Origin: Deltaproteobacteria bacterium
GTDB taxonomy: Bacteria > Desulfobacterota > Desulfobacteria > Desulfobacterales > ETH-SRB1
Reading direction: 5' to 3'
DNA: 38,007 nucleotides
Assembly (NCBI GenBank): GCA_049190315.1
Contig: JAIVWD010000004.1
Coordinates: 1-38,007, forward strand
The translations under genes and the position numbers were made by a program. Position 1 is the first letter of the stretch; each line of letters opens with the position of its first letter. Positions 1 to 8,390 of the stretch are shown piece after piece. The notes under the pieces were generated by a model, which had not been told where the DNA came from, did not search any database, and was given only the letters and a program-made list of their open reading frames with translations.

Positions 1-70
1 GAACCTTAAAGTTCGGTCCCAGTGGAAACTATAATAAAGAAGAAGTTTAGAATAAATAAAAAAACTAATT

Positions 71-89
71 ACAGCGAGTTTCTCGCTGT
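71..89 (-). terminator. Possible intrinsic terminator, read on the minus strand
   Basis: There is a perfect 8-bp stem (acagcgag/ctcgctgt) with a 3-nt loop. On the minus strand a run of 7 T follows it (reverse complement of aaaaaaactaatt at 58-70). No T-run follows on the plus strand. Confidence 0.3.
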
Positions 90-384
90 GAATTCAAGCA
101 TAACTAAAAACTACTCTATCAAAATAAACGAAGTACTATGTCAGTATTCAATATCCTTTGTTAAAGCACTTTAACAATAGAACTGGATACTGACGGTATG
201 GTTCCCGATGTTTTGATAAAGACAGCGTTCCGATGCTTCGGATACTACTGAAACAGAATAATGGAGCGCAACACTGGCAAGACCGACTACTTGCCGAGAG
301 CACCATCTCTTTAAACTGGCGGGGTCGTTTACCTCTTGGCCCCACAAGGTCGCTCAATTCAATTTGAGCGGACGGGCAACGCCA

Positions 385-402
385 AAGGTGAAATTTCACC
401 TT
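385..402. promoter_or_regulatory. Perfect 18-bp palindrome upstream of the excisionase gene; possible operator or recombination-directionality site
   Basis: aaggtgaaatttcacctt is its own reverse complement and lies 57 nt upstream of the ATG at 459. Confidence 0.3.
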
Positions 403-458
403 CTGGAAATGACCAGCACAGGGCGATTGTCATATCAGTTTTTTAGAGGTATGAGAAT

Positions 459-743
459 ATGAATAAAGATTTATTTGAAAATGAATTATTGACACAAAAG
501 GAAGTCGCAGAATATTTTAGAGTTGTGCCTGGAACAGTAAAGAACTGGCGAGACCAAAGGCTATTATCATTTTGGCAAGCACCCGGCTCAACAAGAGTTC
601 TATATTACAGCGGGGAAATTAGAGATTTTAGGGACAGAAATACAATTTCAAAGAAAGGAGGTGATAGAGAAAAGGAAACGGCTAAAATTAAGAGGAAAAA
701 GCCTGATATATCATCCACACCAGACAAACAGTGGAGGATATAA
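459..743 (+). CDS. Excisionase-family / MerR-type helix-turn-helix DNA-binding protein
   Basis: The N-terminus LLTQKEVAEYFRVVPGTVKNWRDQRLL fits the excisionase-type HTH pattern. The C-terminal tail is basic. The gene sits immediately upstream of, and overlaps, the integrase ORF. Confidence 0.65.
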   Translation: MNKDLFENELLTQKEVAEYFRVVPGTVKNWRDQRLLSFWQAPGSTRVLYYSGEIRDFRDRNTISKKGGDREKETAKIKRKKPDISSTPDKQWRI

Positions 744-745
744 TT

Positions 746-1912
746 ATGGCGAAGAACAAAAATCATCATTTAGAAAAACGTGGAGACGTCTGGCATTTAA
801 TAACAATGGTCAGGGGTAAACGCATCAAAAAGGCATTGTCTGGGTCAATAACTGATGCCAGAAGACTTCGGGATAAATACCTTAAAGAAATAAGCCTACT
901 TGGCGACATCCAACGAAATGAGCCTGTAAAAGAGTCCAAATTGTTTGGCGAGGTCGCTCAACAATGGGCTAAAATAATGTCTCAAAAGGTAAAATCTTCA
1001 ACATTGAAGGATTATCGAGGCGCTATGAATTATTACATTCTGCCCAGGTTTGGAAATGTGCCAATCAATGACATTGATTTTCTGGATGTTGAAGAATTCA
1101 GAAGTACTATGAAATGTTCTAATAAAAGGAAAAACAATGTCCTTGTACCAATGCGCTCATTAATGAAGTTCGCCCTAAAAGCAGGATTGATAGACAAAAA
1201 CCCAATGGATTTGGTAGAGAACCTTTCAGTCAGCAAACCGGAAATTTATCCTATGTCTATCGAAAAAGTTCATCGGTTCCTGGATGTTGTCAATCCCCAA
1301 TATAAGAACTTTTTTATAGTGGCTTTTTATAGTGGGATGCGTTTCGGAGAGATGGCAGTTCTAAAATGGAAAAACATTGATTTTAAGTTAGGTGTCATCA
1401 AGGTCAGGGAAACAAGAGTACGGGGAGAAGAAGGTCGCCCCAAGACCGCAGGTTCAATTAGGGACATTAAAATGTTGCCTCCAACGGTTGAAGCGTTTAG
1501 AGACCAGCGGAAAGCCACGATGGGCAAGTCAGATTATGTGTTCCTGAATTTTTATGGTCGCCCACTGCTTCCCAATTCAGTGAGTTTTCATATTTGGAAA
1601 CCGGCATTAAAGAAAGCGGGATTGAAGCCAAGGTCGCTTTACCAGACCAGGCACACCTTCGCTACATTGATGCTGGATGCTGGGGAACTGCCAGGATGGG
1701 TTCAGAAAATGATGGGACACGAGAGCCTGAAAATGATACTGGAACGCTATTATTCCTATATCAAGAACTATCAGCGAGATGACGGTTCTGCGTTTATGGA
1801 TAATGTCTATAATCCGAGTGTAAAAGAGACTGACAAGACGTCAGACAAAGACGAAAAATCTGAAAATTTTACACCAAATTTACACCAAGATGAAAAAAGG
1901 AAATTGGCGTAA
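746..1912 (+). CDS. int: Tyrosine recombinase / phage-type integrase
   Basis: Catalytic signature: SGMRFGE (Arg), RHTFATLML (HxxR), MGHESL (His), ERYYSY (Tyr). A GGAGGA sequence at 733-738 supports the ATG at 746 over the GTG at 731. The gene ends 42 nt from the tmRNA 3' end. Confidence 0.9.
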   Translation: MAKNKNHHLEKRGDVWHLITMVRGKRIKKALSGSITDARRLRDKYLKEISLLGDIQRNEPVKESKLFGEVAQQWAKIMSQKVKSSTLKDYRGAMNYYILPRFGNVPINDIDFLDVEEFRSTMKCSNKRKNNVLVPMRSLMKFALKAGLIDKNPMDLVENLSVSKPEIYPMSIEKVHRFLDVVNPQYKNFFIVAFYSGMRFGEMAVLKWKNIDFKLGVIKVRETRVRGEEGRPKTAGSIRDIKMLPPTVEAFRDQRKATMGKSDYVFLNFYGRPLLPNSVSFHIWKPALKKAGLKPRSLYQTRHTFATLMLDAGELPGWVQKMMGHESLKMILERYYSYIKNYQRDDGSAFMDNVYNPSVKETDKTSDKDEKSENFTPNLHQDEKRKLA

Positions 1913-1954
1913 TTTCCAATCTCCTGTAATCATTAAACAAACAAACGATAATAA

Positions 1955-2305
1955 TGGTGGAGGCGGCGGGAGTCGAACCCGCGTCCGAAAATATTCCACA
2001 CAGGCATCTACATACTTAGCCTGAACTTTAGCTTTCGCCTGTTCAAGTCTCCTCCAGGCCGGATGCTTGAAAGGCTATCCTGTTTAAGTTTCGCTAATCC
2101 TGAAACAGGAAATCAGGAAAAGCTATCCTGCTAATCGTCGCCCTTGCCGGATGCGCAGGAATAATCCGGTAGAACGTTAGCCTAAGCGGCTAAAGCGTAA
2201 TTATAATCATCTGCGATTATATTAGTTCCAACCTTTTTTACGAGCAGGCAGGAGCTCGGTATGCAGCCGGAGCTTCTTTATCTCCGTCGAAGCCATTTCG
2301 CCCCC
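1955..2305 (-). ncRNA. ssrA: tmRNA (SsrA), tag peptide ADDYNYALAA
   Basis: On the minus strand the 5' end is GGGGGCGAAATGGCTTCGACGG and the 3' end is GGGTTCGACTCCCGCCGCCTCCACCA. The acceptor stem has the G3:U pair and there is a T-arm. The tag ORF GCA GAT GAT TAT AAT TAC GCT TTA GCC GCT TAG maps to 2182-2214. Confidence 0.95.
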
Positions 2306-2478
2306 ATAGGGAGGAAATGTTGCAGATATATTGAAAAGAACATTATGAGACCTCTAAAGCATTTTCTAAAGGACTTCATATAATTTAAAATAAGGGATAA
2401 ATGCCTTAATGTCAAGTTCCAAAGGTTGATAAAAAAATTTGTAGTGTCCTGTCATCTATGTAGTGTCGCAAATATAGC

Positions 2479-2580
2479 CGTCATTCCCGCGGAAGCGGGA
2501 ATCCAGAAACACCGAAGTAGTCAGAAATGCTTGTCCTCGACCTGATCGGGGAATGGATTCCCGCCTTCGCGGGAATGACG
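2479..2580. repeat. REP-like inverted pair of hairpins
   Basis: cgtcattcccgcggaagcgggaatcc (2479-2504) is inverted relative to ggattcccgccttcgcgggaatgacg (2555-2580). Each arm is itself a hairpin. Spurious ORFs across it read RFRGNDG / SFPRRRES. Confidence 0.7.
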
Positions 2581-2678
2581 ACTGCCTGATACGATATTTC
2601 ACGCATGACACGACAGTAGAGGTATTAAGACTTTGTGGGGGTTTATTGAACGAAATAAATCTTTTTGCGAATTTAAAG

Positions 2679-3161
2679 TCACCGGTTTTCCTTTTTTTCT
2701 CTGTCCAGTTCCCTTTTTTGATCGCGCCTTCTGATTGTCTCTCTTTTATCATACTTGCGCTTTCCCCTGGCAAGGGCAAGTGTCATTTTCACTTTTCCTT
2801 TTTTAAAATAAATGCTTAAGGGAATCAGAGAGTAACCCATTTCATTTACTTTACCATACAGCTTTTTGATCTCACGCTTGTTCAACAGCAGCTTTCTGGG
2901 CCTTAAAGGCTCATGATTGTTCTCTTGAGCAAAAGGATATGCCCCAATATGCATCTGATAAACAAAAACCTCTCCGTTTTTAATCTTTGCGTATGAATCC
3001 TTAAGATTAACTCTGCCGATTCTGAGGGATTTGACCTCGGTTCCGACAAGAACCATTCCGGCCTCATAAGTATCTTCTATAAAATAATTATATCTGGCCT
3101 TTCTATTTTCTGTAACAATTTTTTTGTGCTCTATCCCCAAATGCCGTCCTCTATCGCGCAT
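2679..3161 (-). CDS. smpB: SsrA-binding protein SmpB
   Basis: Motifs NRKARYNYFIEDTYEAGMVLVGTEVKSLR and LLLNKREIKKL, plus a basic C-terminal tail. The Met28 start (3161) gives 160 aa. The longer ORF-track start would run deep into ptsI. Confidence 0.9.
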   Translation of the reverse strand: MRDRGRHLGIEHKKIVTENRKARYNYFIEDTYEAGMVLVGTEVKSLRIGRVNLKDSYAKIKNGEVFVYQMHIGAYPFAQENNHEPLRPRKLLLNKREIKKLYGKVNEMGYSLIPLSIYFKKGKVKMTLALARGKRKYDKRETIRRRDQKRELDREKKENR

Positions 3162-4920
3162 ACACCTTTTCAGAAAGAATGCTGCCGAATGCTCCTCTAA
3201 CCAGTTTCTCAACTCCTGAGGCTGTGTTCTGTTTAAAAACATCTTTCATGAAGGCCCTGGCGTCTTCAACTTTAAGTGCCCTTATCATACTCTTTACAGC
3301 AGGAATCGACTGAGGGTTCATGCTTAATTCATCTATACCCAGGCCTAAAAGTATAGGCATGTTAATAGGATCGGCAGCCATCTCACCGCACATGAATAGC
3401 TTTATCCCTTTGTCTCTGACGACATCGGCGACATTTTTTATCATGCGTATAATAGCAGGATGAAGCGAATGGTAAAGGTGCGCTACATGTCTGTTTCCTC
3501 TATCTATTGCCAGTGAGTACTGGATAAGATCATTGGTGCCTAAACTGAAGAAATCTACTTCTCCTGCTAAAATATCCGCAATTATCACGGCAGAAGGGAC
3601 TTCGATCATTATCCCTAATTCAACATTTCTATTAAAGAGAGTTCCTTCTTTGTCCAGAGCATCAGCAACTTCATCCAATATTCTTTTTGTCTCAAGGACT
3701 TCCTCATAGCTCGATATCATGGGAATCAAAATCCTGACATTGCCAAAAGCCGCTGCCCTTAATATGGCCCTGAGCTGTGTTCTGAAGACATCAGGATTCT
3801 TCAGACAATACCTTATGGCTCGCAAGCCCAGGGCAGGATTGGCTTCCACGTAATCAGGATTATTACTAAATGCTTTGTCGCCGTTTATGTCGAGAGTGCG
3901 GATAGTTACCGGTTTCGGCGCAATCACCTCGACCACATCCTTGTATTTATCAAAAAGCTCATATTCATTTGGCAAACTAGGGCTGCTCAAATACTGGAAC
4001 TCTGTTCTGTAAAGTCCAATTCCATCTCCGCCGTAATCAATAACTGATACAACTTCTTCAGGAAGCTCGATATTGCCCATAACTTTTAACTGAAACCCAT
4101 CGGCAGTTTCAGCTTGAAGATGGCTGTCACGGGTAATAGCTGCTTTAAGTTCTTCGTATTTGGCGCTACGAACTCCATACTCCAAAAGAGTTTCTTCAGT
4201 GGGATGAATGATTACTGTGCCGACCGTACCATCAATAATAATTAAATCATCATTTTTAATGATATTAGTAGCATTGCCCAGACCCATGACAGCAGGAATC
4301 TCAAGGGTTCGGACTATAATGCTTGTATGAGATGTTTTTCCGCCCCGGTCAGTTACAAATCCCTTTATCCGCTCAAGATTTATCTGGCTTGCCTCTGCCG
4401 GAGAAAGATCGTTGGCGACAAGTATTACCCGTTTATCAATATCAGCAATTTTTTCTGATTCTGCTCCGACTAGATTTCTCATTATGCGGTCAGATACATA
4501 TACTATGTCAGTAGCGCGCTCTTTTAAATATGAGTCAGACATATTTTTAAACATGGATTTTACGTCTGATACTACCTTTTTGAGAGCCCACTCCGCATTT
4601 ACCTTTTCATTTTTAATTGCTTCAATTGTCCTGCCATACAGCATCTTATCTTTAAGCAGGACTTTGTGAGTTTCAAGTATATATGTATGATCGCGCAACT
4701 CATCGGGAGCATTAGTTATAATTGTAAGCAGTTGCTGCTTTGCCTTGTTCACAGCGCTTTTGAAACGTTTTATCTCATCCTGCACATTATCTTCGCTGAT
4801 AAAATACTTCTTTACAACGTCCACGCCTTCTATATCGACCAGATAAGCCTTTCCTATACAAATGCCAGGAGAAGCATTTATTCCGGTTAATATAATCTCT
4901 CTCGAAGCAATATCTGTCAT
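3151..4920 (-). CDS. ptsI: Phosphoenolpyruvate-protein phosphotransferase (PTS enzyme I)
   Basis: 589 aa with GINASPGICIGKAY, GGKTSHTSIIVRTLEIPAV (phospho-His region), GTNDLIQY and MCGEMA. Confidence 0.93.
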   Translation of the reverse strand: MTDIASREIILTGINASPGICIGKAYLVDIEGVDVVKKYFISEDNVQDEIKRFKSAVNKAKQQLLTIITNAPDELRDHTYILETHKVLLKDKMLYGRTIEAIKNEKVNAEWALKKVVSDVKSMFKNMSDSYLKERATDIVYVSDRIMRNLVGAESEKIADIDKRVILVANDLSPAEASQINLERIKGFVTDRGGKTSHTSIIVRTLEIPAVMGLGNATNIIKNDDLIIIDGTVGTVIIHPTEETLLEYGVRSAKYEELKAAITRDSHLQAETADGFQLKVMGNIELPEEVVSVIDYGGDGIGLYRTEFQYLSSPSLPNEYELFDKYKDVVEVIAPKPVTIRTLDINGDKAFSNNPDYVEANPALGLRAIRYCLKNPDVFRTQLRAILRAAAFGNVRILIPMISSYEEVLETKRILDEVADALDKEGTLFNRNVELGIMIEVPSAVIIADILAGEVDFFSLGTNDLIQYSLAIDRGNRHVAHLYHSLHPAIIRMIKNVADVVRDKGIKLFMCGEMAADPINMPILLGLGIDELSMNPQSIPAVKSMIRALKVEDARAFMKDVFKQNTASGVEKLVRGAFGSILSEKVYAR

Positions 4921-4922
4921 AT

Positions 4923-5198
4923 TCAGCTTAATTCTCCAAACCCTGCCTCAAACTGCTTTACAGTATTGTTTAAAATCTCAAGGTCTGATTGATCATCGAT
5001 CTTAAGTGTAATTTTAGACCCTTTTGCGCACTCAAGAGTCAGGATATCAAGGATGCTTGAAGCATCCACCTTTTGTTTGTCTTTAATTATCCAGACGTTA
5101 TAATTTGCTTTCCTGGCGATCTCCGCAATCTTGGCAGCGGACCTCGCATGAAGGCCAAGCTCGTTTATTACAATAACATCACGTGAAAATTCAGTCAC
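4923..5198 (-). CDS. ptsH: Phosphocarrier protein HPr
   Basis: 91 aa with NELGLHARSAAKIA (His15 region) and a KVDASSILDILTL Ser46-like region. It lies directly upstream of ptsI. Confidence 0.88.
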   Translation of the reverse strand: MTEFSRDVIVINELGLHARSAAKIAEIARKANYNVWIIKDKQKVDASSILDILTLECAKGSKITLKIDDQSDLEILNNTVKQFEAGFGELS

Positions 5199-5260
5199 CA
5201 GTCTAATCGAATAATAAGTTTGATTTTTTATCTATAAAAAAACGCTTAATTTTCATCGCT

Positions 5261-5318
5261 CTCTAACCTTGAACCGTGAACCCTTGAACCCGTGAACCGT
5301 GAACCAGAGTAGTTACTC
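5261..5318. repeat. Heptamer-repeat arm (GTGAACC-type) ending in gagtagttact
   Basis: The sequence is ctctaaccttgaaccgtgaacccttgaacccgtgaaccgtgaaccagagtagttactc. The inverted partner is at 5542-5572. Confidence 0.6.
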
Positions 5319-5355
5319 AATTTTTATCAGCCCGCTTATAACTTGTCAAACTTTA

Positions 5356-5516
5356 ACCTAAATTGAGCGATTTTTTACTTGATCTGCACCAATCTCTTGC
5401 GCATCAAGGACTTGCGAAAAGTCTCGACATATCCATTGGTATGCCTACGCTTTTCGCAAACCTTGCTGCATCAAGACCTTGGCACATTTCTTCGCAAAAA
5501 ATCGCTCAACTTAGGT
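5356..5516 (+). mobile_element. MITE-like element, family 1, copy A (161 bp)
   Basis: Terminal inverted repeats (TIRs) are acctaaattgagcgatttttt and aaaaaatcgctcaacttaggt. Near-identical copies lie at 21271-21431 and 23570-23730 (inverted), with a deleted copy at 15779-15873. Confidence 0.8.
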
Positions 5517-5541
5517 TTAATCAGTGATAAATCACAGTAAT

Positions 5542-5572
5542 CGTTCACGGGTTCAGAGGTTCAAGGTTCACC
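5542..5572. repeat. Heptamer-repeat arm (GGTTCAC-type), inverted partner of 5261-5318
   Basis: The sequence is cgttcacgggttcagaggttcaaggttcacc. Confidence 0.55.
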
Positions 5573-5576
5573 GACG

Positions 5577-5736
5577 GGTACCATGGACAAACTTGTTTGT
5601 CCGTGCCCCTTTTCTGCCGAAAAATTTTAAAAAACGCACATGACCTCAATCCTTAATCATTGAAATACCAGACGGTCGTTCTCGCTACTCTCCATTGACG
5701 CATCTTGCACGGACAAACAAGTTTGTCCATGGCACC
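5577..5736. mobile_element. Inverted-repeat element (about 160 bp) with 30-nt arms
   Basis: ggtaccatggacaaacttgtttgtccgtgc (5577-5606) is inverted relative to gcacggacaaacaagtttgtccatggcacc (5707-5736). This is the only copy in the window. Confidence 0.55.
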
Positions 5737-5817
5737 CCCTTAGGCGCAGCCAAGAAACTATGGTAGATCCCTTTCATGGTACGACAGGTAGTAGTTGGAG
5801 TCGGTAGTCCATTACTC

Positions 5818-5854
5818 CCTGAACCATAAACCGTGAACCGTGAACTGTAAACCA
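5818..5854. repeat. Heptamer-repeat arm (GTGAACC-type)
   Basis: ccctgaaccataaaccgtgaaccgtgaactgtaaacc abuts the stop of the aminotransferase gene. Confidence 0.55.
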
Positions 5855-5856
5855 TT

Positions 5857-6990
5857 TTATGAATAGAACTCTTTTATCTTTCCAATTAGATATGCCTGTT
5901 GCTCATATGAAAGTTCAGGATATACGGGAAGGGCTAAAGTGTGTGAGGCAGCGTATTCACCCACAGGAAAATCTCCTTTTCCGTAATTCAGATTTGAAAA
6001 GCAATCCTGGAGATGCATGGGAACAGGATAGTAAATCTCCGTCCCTATGCCTGCATCAGTTAAAAACATTTTAAGATCGTCTCTTTTTTCCTTCAAATTT
6101 ATTACAAACTGATTGTAAATATGCCGGTTTTCCTTTTCAGTCGGAAGATTAACAATATCCTCCAACCCTGCGTCAATAAAAAGTTTTCTATATTTATCCG
6201 CATTTGCCTGCCGCGCCTCAGTCCAGCCGTCAAGATAATTCAGTTTAATGGATACAATGGCTGCCTGAAGTGCATCCAGCCTGAAATTTCCTCCTACTTT
6301 GTTATGATAATATTTTAAATGCGATCCGTGAACTCTCAGCAAGCGCAATTTATCAAAGAACTCATCTGAATTTGTTGTAACAATTCCGCCATCTCCAAAG
6401 GCTCCGAGATTTTTTGAAGGAAAAAAAGAAAAACAGCCGAAATCACCCATTGAGCCGGCACGCTTCCCCTTATATTCCGCACCAATGGCCTGTGCTGCAT
6501 CTTCAATAACAATAAGATTATACTGTGCTGCTATCTCAAGGATAGAATCCATGTCACAACATTGACCATATAGATGGACCGGGATTATTGCTTTTAACTT
6601 ACCCCTTTCTTCTCCCGTCATGCCATCTATTACTCTGGAAATGCTCTCAGGTGAGATATTATAAGTTTCAGGATCAATATCCGCAAAAACAGGAGTTGCT
6701 CCAGTGCGGGCTATTGAACCTGCTGTTGCAAAAAAAGTATAAGTTGAAGTGATAACTTTATCCTCAGGTCCGATATCGGCAGCCATAAGTGAAACAAGAA
6801 GAGCGTCGGTTCCTGAAGACACGCCGACTGCATGTTTTGAAGAGCAATATTCAGCTATCTCTTTTTCCAGGCCTTCGACTCGTGGACCAAGTATAAAATA
6901 CTGGCTCTCAAAAATCTCTTCGGTAACTTTCATGACTTCTTCTTTAATCGTCTGATACTGCAACTTAAGATCCAGTAACGGTACTTTCAT
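5857..6990 (-). CDS. DegT/DnrJ/EryC1/StrS-family PLP-dependent sugar aminotransferase
   Basis: 377 aa with MKVPLLDLKLQY, GPRVEGLEKE and SFFPSKNLGAFGDGG (PLP-lysine motif). Confidence 0.88.
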   Translation of the reverse strand: MKVPLLDLKLQYQTIKEEVMKVTEEIFESQYFILGPRVEGLEKEIAEYCSSKHAVGVSSGTDALLVSLMAADIGPEDKVITSTYTFFATAGSIARTGATPVFADIDPETYNISPESISRVIDGMTGEERGKLKAIIPVHLYGQCCDMDSILEIAAQYNLIVIEDAAQAIGAEYKGKRAGSMGDFGCFSFFPSKNLGAFGDGGIVTTNSDEFFDKLRLLRVHGSHLKYYHNKVGGNFRLDALQAAIVSIKLNYLDGWTEARQANADKYRKLFIDAGLEDIVNLPTEKENRHIYNQFVINLKEKRDDLKMFLTDAGIGTEIYYPVPMHLQDCFSNLNYGKGDFPVGEYAASHTLALPVYPELSYEQQAYLIGKIKEFYS

Positions 6991-7000
6991 ATTATTTTTT

Positions 7001-7037
7001 CCTTCAGCCTTTTTCCTTCAGCCTTCAGCCTTCAGCC
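7001..7037. repeat. CCTTCAG heptamer tandem repeat
   Basis: The sequence is ccttcagcc-tttttccttcagccttcagccttcagcc. It overlaps the last codons and stop of manC. The same motif recurs near 22640 and at 30141-30236. Confidence 0.6.
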
Positions 7038-8390
7038 TTTAACCTTTACTCTAATAATACAAACCGGCTCTTTCTCCGGGTTGTCAATTTTAATTGATTC
7101 ATTGCCGAAAATTATTTTTGACTCTCCCCTGGTTAAAAATTCGGTTTCCATGTTTAATGTGATTTTCACATAGCCTTTAATCACAATCAGGTGTTGTAAA
7201 GCCGGCTTTTCAACTTTAAATTGAAGGTTTGAATCAGGATATATGACAAGTCTTTCAACTTTAATATCATCTTCATGTTCAAGAACAGTCAGGCTGCCCC
7301 AGGAATGGTGAACTTTATTATGCTTCTGATATTCTTTTCTTCCCTTTCCCTTTAGCTGATTAACAATAGATTTTACATCCCTGCTGTTATCAAGATCCGA
7401 AACAAATACGGAATCCGGCGTTTCAACGACAACTATTCCATTTAGATGGTTTGTAGCGATCAGCCTGTCCCGGCCCATTATAAAACAGCCCTTGGTATCC
7501 TTTGCAATAACATCTCCATCAATAACATTATTGTCCCCATCTTTTGGAAGAAAATCATAAAGAGACTTCCATGATCCTATATCGCTCCATCCAAAGTCAG
7601 ATGGCAGAACAACTCCTTTATCCGTATTTTCCATTATGGCATAATCTATAGAAATGTCCGGCAGCCTCTTATATTCATCTACTGTTATTGGGTCTTTTGA
7701 AATAATATCTTCCATTATTTTAAGGAGTTCCGGCTGGTATTTGCGAAACTCTTCAATCATTACAGAACCCATGAAAACAAACATCCCGCTGTTCCAGAAA
7801 AAGTTTCCAGCCTTAACATACTTTTCTGCAGTTTCCGCATCCGGCTTCTCAACAAATCTCTTAAGCGCTAATGCTCCATCAAATATCTCGCCGGCACCTT
7901 CAACATACCCATATCCTGTCTCAGGATAATTGGGTTTAATACCAAAGGTTACAATATAACCCTTGTCGGCAAGACGTATTGCTGAATTTAACTTATTATG
8001 AAAACTCTCTATATCTCTAATTACATGATCAGCAGGAAAAACACACAGTATGGCATCCCGTTTACTTTTTAAAATATTGAGTACTGCAAGCAGAATAGCG
8101 GGCGCTGTATTTCTGCCACACGGTTCACAAATGATTTTTCCTTCAGACCGGACGCCTATCTCAGCCATGTGCCTCGCTGTCTCGTGAAAATGTTCCTTTC
8201 CGCATACAATTCTTATTCGTTCTGTGTCAACCACAGGGCTCAGCCTCTTTATAGTGCTCTGAACAAGAGAATCTTTACCTATAAACTTTACAAGCTGCTT
8301 GGGATAGAGTTCTCTTGATACAGGCCAAAGACGCGTTCCAGCCCCACCTGCTAACAAGACAGCATATACATTTTCCTTCAGGTCAGGCAT
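7032..8390 (-). CDS. manC: Mannose-1-phosphate guanylyltransferase / mannose-6-phosphate isomerase
   Basis: 452 aa with LLAGGAGTRLWPVSRELYPKQ, FPADHVI and GYGYV, plus a C-terminal cupin-like domain. Confidence 0.88.
   Translation of the reverse strand: MPDLKENVYAVLLAGGAGTRLWPVSRELYPKQLVKFIGKDSLVQSTIKRLSPVVDTERIRIVCGKEHFHETARHMAEIGVRSEGKIICEPCGRNTAPAILLAVLNILKSKRDAILCVFPADHVIRDIESFHNKLNSAIRLADKGYIVTFGIKPNYPETGYGYVEGAGEIFDGALALKRFVEKPDAETAEKYVKAGNFFWNSGMFVFMGSVMIEEFRKYQPELLKIMEDIISKDPITVDEYKRLPDISIDYAIMENTDKGVVLPSDFGWSDIGSWKSLYDFLPKDGDNNVIDGDVIAKDTKGCFIMGRDRLIATNHLNGIVVVETPDSVFVSDLDNSRDVKSIVNQLKGKGRKEYQKHNKVHHSWGSLTVLEHEDDIKVERLVIYPDSNLQFKVEKPALQHLIVIKGYVKITLNMETEFLTRGESKIIFGNESIKIDNPEKEPVCIIRVKVKG

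Noticed and set aside
148-399. 83-aa minus-strand ORF
   Set aside because: It has a GTG start without a convincing SD. Its Cys/Arg/Ser-rich composition is implausible and it resembles no family. The region is better treated as non-coding, possibly a structured RNA.
2456-2819. ORFs 2456-2779 (minus) and 2553-2819 (plus) encoding RFRGNDG/LRGNDD-type peptides
   Set aside because: They are translations of the REP-like double hairpin, and they overlap the 3' end of smpB. This is a classic repeat-derived spurious ORF.
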